DNA of 63,988 bases, filler included, from Folioceros fuciformis (lineage: Eukaryota), in assembly GCA_049999805.1 (NCBI GenBank). It is 3 parts of one record of this genome, joined end to end, with 100 filler letters (N's around TTAATTAATTAA, not from the genome) between each part and the next. Parts side by side here need not be neighbours in the genome. Positions count along the whole stretch, not along the records: positions 37,257 to 63,988 come from JBNGIO010005931.1; 2 more parts are not named here. One strand, 5' to 3'. A program made the position numbers and the translations under genes. The notes under the pieces were generated by a model, which saw only the letters and a list, made by a program, of their open reading frames with translations, was not told the DNA's origin and made no database searches. Shown here piece after piece: positions 37,257 through 58,058 of this stretch; positions within the stretch are counted from its first letter, which is position 1, and each line of letters begins with the position of its first letter.

Positions 37257-40249
37257 GGTGGAAGGATTGTCCAAGTTCAAGTATGCTGATCTTGGTCATG
37301 TGTATTCTGCATATCAATTTGGAAAACAGTCAAGGTTTCCATTTGTGCGACACGTGTAGAACAGCTCGAGACCTTTGCAATTGATACACTCTGATGTATG
37401 GGGTCCTTCACAGAATGCATCGTTTGGAGGAGCCCACTACTATGTCTCCTTCATTGATGATTTCAACAGGTATACGTGGTTGTACTTACTGAAGCATAAG
37501 GATGAAGTGTTCGAGTCTTTCAAGGACTCCAAAAAGCATGCTGAAAATGAATTCAGCTGCTCCATCTCTTGTCTAAGATCCGATGGAGGGGGAGAATATG
37601 TCTCAAATGAGTTTGACAGGTATCTTGCAGATCATGGTATACGAAGACAGTTGACTTGCAGATACACACCATAGCAGAATAGTGTTGCAGAGAGGAGGAA
37701 CAGGGTAGTCATGGAAACAGCAAGGGCAATGCTGAATGTGAAGTGCTTACCTAATGATTGTTGGGCAAAAGCAGTGATGACAGTAGTGTATGTACTGAAT
37801 CGAACTCCTACGGCAGGAATTCATGATGCTACACCAATTGAGAGATTGTCTGGCTATAAGCCGGATATTAGGCACTTGAAAGTGTTTGGGTGCATTGCAT
37901 ATGTGCATGTACTTGATGAGAAGCGTAGGAAGCTGGATCCTAAAGCAGTGAAGAGTGTTTTTCTGGGGTATGCACGAAATAGGAAGGCGTATAAGTATTA
38001 TGTGCCATCCACACATGAGATCCTGATAAGCAGGGATGTGGTATTTGATGAGTTAGCCTCCTGGTATAGCAACTCAGTTGCACTACCCTATGACGAACCC
38101 ACAGGGGAGAGTACTGTTAAGAGTACTCCAGCAAAGAGTGAGGATGTGACCAATGGTGGATCACCAACGGTGAATCCATGGTCTGGAAGACTGTGGAATG
38201 GTAAACCAAAGACCACTGACCCGGATATGTCAGTGAGGGGGAGAGTAGAAAGCAGCAAAACTGGAAATGAGGGATATGAATCCTCAAGTAGTGAGAGCAT
38301 TGACAGTGAGTTTGGCATTCCGTCTATGGAAACGCTAGGTGCTAAGGAGCAACAATATGCAAGGCAGGTTCAAAATGAACCAAGACCAAGGAGATCTGAG
38401 AGGGTTAGGAAACCCATTGACAGCTACACCTATACAAGCTACAACGCGCAACATTATGTGTATATGACAAGGGTCACAGCTTGTAAGGAGCCAACCAAGT
38501 TTGCTGAGGCAGTGACAGATGATAAGTGGTGTCAAGCCATGGATGAAGAATACTCAGCATTAGTTGAGAACGAAACGTGGGATTTGGTTCAATTGCCTGA
38601 TGGCAAGGTTCCTATTGGTTCTAAGTGGGTGTACAAGCTGAAGTTCAAGTCAGATGGAACGCTGGAGCGTTACAAGGCCAAGTTGGTTGCAAAGGGATAT
38701 GCACAACAGTATGGTCTTGATTATGAGGAAACCTTTAGTCCAGTAGCCAAGATGACAACTGTAAGGACAGTCATAGCATTAGGAGCAGCTAAAGGATGGA
38801 AGTTATGGCAAATGGATGTCAAGAATGCCTTCTTGAATGATGAGTTGCAGGAGGAAGTGTACGTGGAACAGCCTGAAGGTTATGTTCATCTTAAGTTTCC
38901 AACATACGTCTGCAAACTGAAGAAGGCATTGTATGGACTCAAACAGGCACCTAGAGCATGGAATGCTCGTATCACAAGCTATTTGAAGAAGCGAGGGTTT
39001 GTGATTGGAGACGCAGATCACAGTCTGTTTGTAAAACAGACCAAGGTAGGACAAGTGTGTCTTGTCGTTTATGATGACAACTTGATCATCACAGGAGATG
39101 ATGCAGATGGTATTGCAGATGTCAAGGCGAATCTGCAAAAAGAGTTCAAGGTGAAGGATCTTGGTGAACTCAGATACTTCTTAGGAATTGATGTGGTATC
39201 TACACCTCAAGGAATCTGGCTATTCCAAAAACAATATGCTAAGGATATATTGCAGAAGTATGGCATGGCAGATTGCAAAGCGATGGATACACCATTGGAG
39301 CAGAACGTCAAGCTGCAAATGGATGTAGGAGCTGAGCTGGAAAATGTGACCATGTATCGACATGTATGGTCGGAAGTTTGATCTACTTGACTATCACACG
39401 TCCTGACTTAAGTTAAGCAGTGGGACTGATTAGTCAATTCATTAGAAGAATCATGAGATATGTGAAAGGAACTACTGAGTTTGGATTGCTCTATGAGCAT
39501 AGGAAGCATCTTGAACTGATAGGATATACAGGTGCTGATTGGGCTGGTTGTGCATATGACAGAAGATCAACCAGTGGATATGCATTCAGTCTGGAAGTAG
39601 TATGATCAGTTGGCAAACCAAGAAACAACCGACAGTTGCTTTGTCAAGCACAGAAGCAGAGTATCGAGGAGCTGCAATGGCAGCCTGTGAAGTAGCTTGG
39701 TTGTAGAAGTTGCTACATGATCTTGGAAATATAGTGAACAGCAAGGTTACAATCTACTGTGTCAACATGAGTAGCATGAGGTTGGCTACTGATCCTGTGT
39801 TTCATGCTCGTTCGAAGCACATAGAAGTACATTATCATTTCATCAGGGAAGCGATATTATCTGAGAAGATAGATCTTCGGCACGTGAAGACCGAAGACCA
39901 GGTAGCAGATATCTTTACTAAGTCACTAGGTAGAGATAAGTTCTTACACTTTCGTGAACTACTTGGAGTGTTACAAATAGTCTGAGCTTGAGGGGGAGTG
40001 TTAGAAATCAAGCTCTAACTGAATTGTTATTCAGAGCATACAACACTTAGGATACTGTAGATTATCCCATATTGAACTCGTAGTTATCTATCACCTAAGT
40101 GTTATCAGGATATACTAGGATATTGCACCCTCGAGACTAAGGCTTACCTTATCGAGGGTTGCCCCGCCTGAAGGCTATATATGTAGCATCTTGTGCACCA
40201 CAAGTAAGGAACTGTGGAGTCCTTCTATGCCTGTGGTGCTATTTCAACA
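37257..40249 (+). mobile_element. Ty1/copia retrotransposon, 3' half (integrase, RT, RNase H, PPT, 3' LTR 39999-40249)
   Basis: LIHSDVWGP, LRSDGGGEY, QMDVKNAFL, LYGLKQAPRAW, RSKHIEVHYHFIRE; PPT GAGGGGGAG then TGTTAG...TTCAACA. Confidence 0.92.
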
Positions 40250-41725
40250 TATAAGACCCACACATGCTTTGTTGTGGGATCTTTAGCGCATCCTCGTTGA
40301 CATCCAACACTTCAGCCCTGCTTCTACCTACTTGTTGGAGAACACCCCAGCCCCTGGATACTCCACCCTAAGTGCGAAGAGATATGGCCATCATCCAACA
40401 ACATGTGGGCACCCCTTTGCTCTTTGATGTTGTTCAGGTTGGTAGTTTTGCTCATCGTTTGAGGAATTACTGGACCAACTTGCCACCTTAGCCTTTGTTG
40501 GAGCTAGTGATTACCCATATGCAAAGGGACCAGTCACTCACTCTCAAGGATGTGTTGGACCCCTGGCACCAGCCTAGGCCTATGAAAGGTGTTGAACAAG
40601 CACCCTAATACTACACCAACACTTCCAGCCAAGACAAACATACGCTTCCCACACTTATGAGCTTTCCAGGCTCCTATGCATATCGGGAACAAGGGACAAA
40701 TCCATTATTCAATAGCAACACCTAGCAGTGGGAGGAGCCCAAGGCGGAGGAGAGCGAGTGTCTCATGGATTTCACACCCATTCTATAGTAGCCCCACATG
40801 TCACAATGCAACAATGCTCAGTTGCCTTAGGCCGTGCAATGGACTTGATAGCCCTCTCTTGGCTCTTCAGCATCTGCTTGGCCTTTTAGCTATTGCACTA
40901 GCCTCCCCCAACTCTCACCCCCACCTGTTGTTTGGACTTGGTTCACTTACCCTTTTCAAGTCACCCGACATGGTCCTTCCAACTCGATGTTGTGGGGGGT
41001 GGAATAGGAGGCACAACCACCTCACTTTGCCTTCTCAACATCAATCTCTAACATACAAAGGGGCGTCCAACCTGGGGTAGTCCCGAGTATGGGATAGTCT
41101 CGAGGTTGGGACAACTTTGGAGGATGGATCCCCGAGCCACAATAAGCATCCAAGCCTCACTTATGCGCTAAGACCTTTGACTGGGTCATGGGGCCACAAC
41201 TCACAACAGATCAAAAGGTGCGCATACGCGCTCTGCTACTCGAGTACCAAGACTGTTTTGCCTTCTCCATGCAAGAGTTGAAGTGTTGCAAGGTGGCCAA
41301 GTTTTACATCAACTTCACCAACAAGGAGCCTATCTACAGAAGGCACTACAGGCTCAGCAAGACGGAGTGGGACCTGGTAGATGCATGCTGCCAAGAGTTG
41401 CATGCAGTTGGGCTCATTTGGCCCTCAAGCTCTGACTATGCTGCTGCCACGATCATGCCCCCCAAGAAGGACAACAATGGGATGTGGACTGAGAAGAGGA
41501 TGTGTGGAGACTATTGTCCCATCAATGTGGTGACAACCTAGGATTGGTATCCCATGCCAACTCCTTAAGAAATCTTCGACAACATTGGCAAGTCCACCTA
41601 TTTTTCAGTCTTGGATCTCAGGTAGGGTTTCAACCAGGTTGCTGAGGAGGATATCAAGAAGATGGCCTTCCATGGCTCTCAACAACTATGGGAATGGGTC
41701 GTTCTGCCATTCGGCTTAAAAAACA
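40250..41725 (+). mobile_element. Ty3/gypsy remnant carrying a C5-cytosine methyltransferase (C-terminal motifs) upstream of RT
   Basis: ALLWDL*RIL...TYLLENTP (motif VI), FDVVQVGSFAHRLRNYWTNL (VIII), EEPKAEESECLM...LGRAMD (IX/X), then RT start ...MPPKKDNNGMWTEKRMCGDY...YPMP...LDLR*GFNQ. Confidence 0.7.
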
Positions 41726-41729
41726 CTTG

Positions 41730-42350
41730 CTTTTCACGACATGCTCCATCACTGCTCACCACCACCCACACCCTGTACCACACTCCACCAGCATTCACGC
41801 TCCATAACCGCTCACCACCACACCCTTTCACCACACTCCATTCATGCTCCATCACCGCTCACCACCACACCCTTTCACCACACTCCATTCATGCTCCATC
41901 ACCACTCACCACCACCCACACCCTGAACCACACTCCACTAGCACCCATGCTCCGTCACCGTCACCACCACCCACACTCTTTCATCGCACTCCACCACCAC
42001 TCATGCTCCATCACTGCTCACCACCACCCACACCCTTTCACCACACTCCACCACCACTCATGCTCTATCACTGCCCCCACTCCAACACCAAACCACTCAC
42101 CCACCATACCAACATGCTGCCACACCCACCGCTTCATACCAACATGCTCTGAGACTCATCGCTCCTACTCTACTAAGCTCCATTCTTGCTCTCGCTCATC
42201 TCTCTTGCTCCATCCCCACTCCATCTTTGTTGTCTCGAGAAAAAGAAGATGGAAACCATTCTATATCCTTGCTCTTGCTCATTGCTCTCACTCCATCCCT
42301 GCTCCATCTTTGTTGTCTTGAGAAATAGAAGATGGAAACCCTTCTACTAT
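41730..42350. repeat. CAC/CAT-rich low-complexity tandem repeat
   Basis: Reiterated CATGCTCCATCACCGCTCACCACCACACCCTTTCACCACACTCC-like units. Confidence 0.8.
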
Positions 42351-43048
42351 GAAAGAGTTATTTCTTATTAGTCCTCATATTTTTAGCTTATGATATAAAA
42401 TAATGCTACCTTTCACTTTTTGTAGAAATTTATTAAGTCTGGGATATCCATCCTGTGATGTGGCGTCAAATGGAGAAAAGTCTTGTTCAATCAATTTTAC
42501 ATAAGTTTTGTAGTTTGAAAAAAGGAAGAAAAAGTTAAAAGTTCATTTGTCTTCAGCTGCAAATTGAGTAGCGATAGTGCGGTCAGCCTTTTGTTTTCGG
42601 CGTTGTAATAGTCTACGTATAACCACCACAAGCTAGTCTAGGGTTTATAACAGGGTGTTTCGCAGAAACCGATCGCATCAAACGAGGGTCCGAAGGGTTT
42701 TGCCTCCCGAAGAGTTATCGTCCCACAAGGCGAGTCATATGTATGTGCGCAAAAAGCGGAAACTGGGGTTAAAAGGACACATGGAGGTTTCGGTGGGAGC
42801 TGCTTGTTGCTTGTAACACGGATCGAATGCTCGCATGCGCTGGTGCTTGACTTGGGATTTCCTTGGCAGGCACACGGACACTCCACCTTACATGTCTAGG
42901 CATTTGGGCTTGCAGGAATAGCTGGATGCGAGGAAACCAGCAGCAGACCGTCGGTGCTTGGCTGCAAGAGCTGGTGCGTTCCTGTGCTGCCAGCAAGTAA
43001 ACAAGCGAGCTCGCAGGCAAGCTAGCTCGCTCTTTTCTTTGTTGGTGA

Positions 43049-54089
<11,041 letters not shown>

Positions 54090-54917
54090 AAGGAGCGAGC
54101 CTGCTTTTCTAAGTGAATTGAGATACAGCTGTCTGTCGCACTGGGTTTCTTGGCGCGCGTATGGCCTGTTGCGAACCTACAGAATCGAACAACTCGATTG
54201 GCCCCGTTGTGGGATTACGCAACCAACCCACTTGGCGCCTCTGGCTCCCAGCTGCCGTTAGATGCTGTTACATCGGTGACTTTGAGACGATGGCATCCAC
54301 TCAATGTTTGCTCAGATCACTTCTGGCCTACGGGTCAGACTGAAATTAACATTCCGTTGCAAAAAGGAATCCACCGAATGCAATGGGGCAGGAATGCCCT
54401 TGCCTTTGGACCTTCTAATGGACTGTGGTTGCTTCCATTCCTCCTCTTTGACGAATGCCTGGTCAAAGCCATCTGTGTGCAGTCCATGGAAAAGCCTGCA
54501 GTGCCAAACTTGCACTCAGTAGTCAACTTGTAAATCAAGTAGAGCAATGAAAATGCGCAGTAGAAAGAACATCCCCAAAAGAGAAAGAAAGGGAAAACGA
54601 TTCCTATGACCATGATAAGACTCTACCACAGTCTCCACGAGTGTTGAGAAGTCCTTGCCCACATTTACGCTGGCCTCCATAGCACAGCAATAGAATACTA
54701 TTTTCCTAACTACACCATTGTGAAGGTGTGAACCTGGTACAATAAGAGGAAGGGCCTTTTACCATTTCACACATCTATTTTCATTTCTGACCATAATTAT
54801 TACCCATAGATCCTTGTATGATTCCATCACGTATCAAAATGATAAAAAAGCATGAAAATGAGTGCTAGGTCACAACCAAGACAAGGCGTAAGCCATGATG
54901 GTACACCACGGAGTGTA

Positions 54918-55447
54918 CCATGGACTGCACACAAATGGCTTTGACCACGCATTCGTCAAAGGGGAGGAATGGAAGCAACCATAGTCCATTAGAAGGTTCA
55001 AGGCAAGGGCATTCCTGCCCCATTGCATTCGGTGGATTCCTTTTTGCAACGGAATGTTAATTTCAGTCTGACCCGTAGGTCTGAGCAAACATTGAGTGGA
55101 TGTCATCGTCTCAAAGTCACCAATGTAACAGCATCTAATGGTAGCTGGGAGCCAGAGGTGCCAAGTGGGTTGGTTGCGTAATCCCACAACGGGGCCAATT
55201 GAGTTGTTTAATCTGTAGGTTCGCGACATGCCATACGTGCGCCAAGAAACCTAGTGCGACAGACAGCTGTATCTCAATTCACTTAGAAAAGTAGGCTTGC
55301 TCCTTTTATCTTGGAAAAGCAGGAGCATGTGACAGCAAAAAGGAAGTGGGTCCATGATTAGAGTACTGTCTAGACGTCAAGGTATCGTTTAGGCCACGGA
55401 CAGCACCGTCATGGCCATGGTCTGAAATGATTCTCCTTGTTGAGCTT
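54918..55447 (-). repeat. Inverted duplication of the CHR5 last-exon end and 3' UTR (53947-54489)
   Basis: Reverse complement of 54918-55447 matches 53947-54489 with scattered substitutions and a small deletion. The peptide RIISDHGHDGAVRGLNDTLTSRQ...HAPAFPR* appears on both strands. Confidence 0.93.
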
Positions 55448-57747
55448 TGTTTGAGAGCTTGTTGGTGGAGGCGGCAATGGAGCAACAAAGGCAAACAATA
55501 TCACCTTTACAAATCCAAGGTAGGCCTGCATTCCAGCAAGCAATGAGAAGGCTAATGTTGTACAAACAAAAGGATGTTGAGCATGTGGAGTACCAACTGG
55601 AATCTTACTGCCAAGACCAGAGTGTGATTGCTAGCAACCATTCCGTGCACCAAAGGATCATTGAGTGGAATGTCACCGATGCAGGGATCACACTGGTGGA
55701 GTTGTTTGTTGGCATATGCTCAGGGTTGGAAGCAATGTTGCGAAGTGGTGTGAAGATAGGGAGATATGTCTATTGTGACATAGATACGCAGGCTCAAGTT
55801 ATGGCAACAACACATGTGCAGGAGCTATTAAATCGTTATCCAAATTTGTTAGACAAGGGGGCGGTGAGGAACTTTCAAAAACAACTACCTATGGATGTAA
55901 GGCATATAGGATGGGAGCAAATCCAAGATTGGGAGTGTCAGTAAACCTGATCATTGCTGGGTGAGAATGTCAGGGCATGTCATCAGCAGGAGCAAGAAGG
56001 GGATTGTTGGATCCAAGGTCAGCACTATTCTTTGAGGTGACAAGGATCATTAGGTTGGTTCAACAATATCAACAAGAGCCATGTGGATACATTCCTAAGA
56101 ATGTTCTGGCAATGTTTGACAAGAGGCAAACTATGAAGGATAGCTTCAAACAAATCAGAGGAGTAGTGGGTATGGAAGATATCTTAATGTTGTGCACTTT
56201 GGATCATGTGCACATCGACTAAGGTGCATATGGACAAACATGCTGCCCAGAGAAGCATTGATGGCATGCAAGGATATCACAGTGCCAAAAATGGTGCAAG
56301 TGAAAGACATCATGTTTGGAGACAAGCATCCTCAAGAAGTCATGAAGTGTGAAAGTATGCCATAGTTCACTTTGAATGAAGTGGGAAACCAAGGATAGCA
56401 TGGCCAACCTTTGTAAAAGCAAGTGGCTCTTATGCTGACTCACCAAGGAGTGATGAGCTTAGAAGGAGATGATCTAGGAGAGCCAAATGCACGGGAGCGA
56501 GAGTTAGCCATGGGATGTGTCTATGGAGCCACATACGTGGAAGATGTGATTAAGAGAATAAGACGAAGGTGATTGGGCAGTCCATGGATGTCAGCATGTT
56601 GATGTGGTTGTGCAGCACTTGTGTAGCTTATCAATGGACTAAGTATAGAAAGGGCAAGGTAATCGTTGTGGTACCGCAAGCTAGGGCAACCAAAGCAAAG
56701 AAAACCAAGCCTATCGAAGCACAAGTTAGGTATGAAGATCGGCCCAAGTTGATGGAGTGGGACATGAATAAAGAGCTAACTATTGAGCAACAACAGCGAA
56801 TGCAAGTTCTCTTGGATGCACACAAGGACAGCTTTGCATTTTCGATGAGTGATCTAGGTTGTTGTACCAAGTCCAAGTTCTCTATTAAATTGCAGGGTGA
56901 GACACCTATAAGGATGCGGCATCATAAGCTCAACATGGCTGAGTGCGACATTGTGGAAGAAAGGTGTCAGGAACTGCTCAAGACAAGATTGATCAGGGTC
57001 TCAAATTCTAATTGGACTGCAGCCACTATGTTACCGTTAATGAAGAATGAAAGTTGGAGAATGGGTGGACCGACGAATGTGTGGAGATTATCGTCACTTG
57101 AATGCTATCACTGAATTGCATGGGTATCAAATGCCTACTCCTAATGAAGTCTTTGATGACATTGGAAGTGCTTGCTACTTCTCCACATTGGATCTTACGC
57201 AAGGCTTTAACCAAATTGACATCGTGGAGGAGGATCGGTGTAAGACGGTATTCTAGGGAAGAGATTCATTATATGAATGGCTAAGGATGCCATTTGGGCT
57301 AAAGAATTCTGTTGTGGTGTTTCAATAGAATGCTAATGGTGCATTGGCATATATGCTTGAGGCAAGTTGTTATGTGGATGACATCATTATCTTCACCAAG
57401 ACTTTTGAAGAGCAAATTCAGGTGCCGGAAAAAGTCTTTGCTAGGTTGAAGGAATGGGGTCTTAAATGTCATTCTCGTAAGTGTACATTTGCGTACAACA
57501 AGGTGTTGTACTTGGGACATGAGATTACTCCAAAGGGCATTTCACCTTACATGTCCGAAGTGGAGGCCATTATGAAATTGCCGGGGCAACTAACATTTCT
57601 AAGTTGCGAACATTTCTTGGACTTGTTAATGATTATCGAAGGTACAACCTAATATGAGTGCAATTGTGAGGCCATTGACGCTATTGTTGAAAAATGGTCA
57701 GGAATGGTGTTGGGGGCAGCAACAAGAGTTGGCATTACTAGAGGTAA
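55447..57747 (+). mobile_element. Ty3/gypsy remnant with a near-complete C5-cytosine DNA methyltransferase domain followed by RT; truncated by DNA transposon copy B
   Basis: Motif I LVELFVGICSG, YVYCDID, motif IV IIAG*ECQGMSSAG (about 55950-55990), DPRSALFFE, GSCAHRLRCIWTN, EPNARERELAMG, IGQSMD; then RT RRMCGDYRHLN, LDLTQGFNQI, CYVDDIII. Confidence 0.85.
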
Positions 57748-57973
57748 CAAGGTCTAAACCAGACGGGCGGATTCCACAAAGCCCGTTTTGCGCATTTGAA
57801 ATTTGTCTTGATCCTCGCTCCTTATCTACCTTTGATCTATTTTCACAAACAATGACGCCACCGACATGTATGCGTATATTATTTTTTCTCCAAATGTCAA
57901 TAAAACCAAAATAAATGAAGTAAACATTGTGAGTCTTCTACGCGAAACTTGATATTTTGCAACTAAAACATAT

Positions 57974-57997
57974 AGTGTGCCGGTCAACTGGCGCACA
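57974..57997. repeat. Subterminal 24-bp palindrome
   Basis: AGTGTGCCGGTCAACTGGCGCACA; 226 bp from the inferred terminus, as in copy A. Confidence 0.8.
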
Positions 57998-58058
57998 AGC
58001 TATTTAAAGTACTTCATGTTCAAGTTTAGGAAGAGTTCAAGTTAAATCAAGTCAATTG

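Noticed and set aside
41662-42321. His/Pro-rich protein-coding ORFs
   Set aside because: They are open only because of a stop-poor CAC-rich simple repeat.
54870-55494. Independent small genes downstream of CHR5
   Set aside because: They are translations of the inverted duplicate of the CHR5 3' end.
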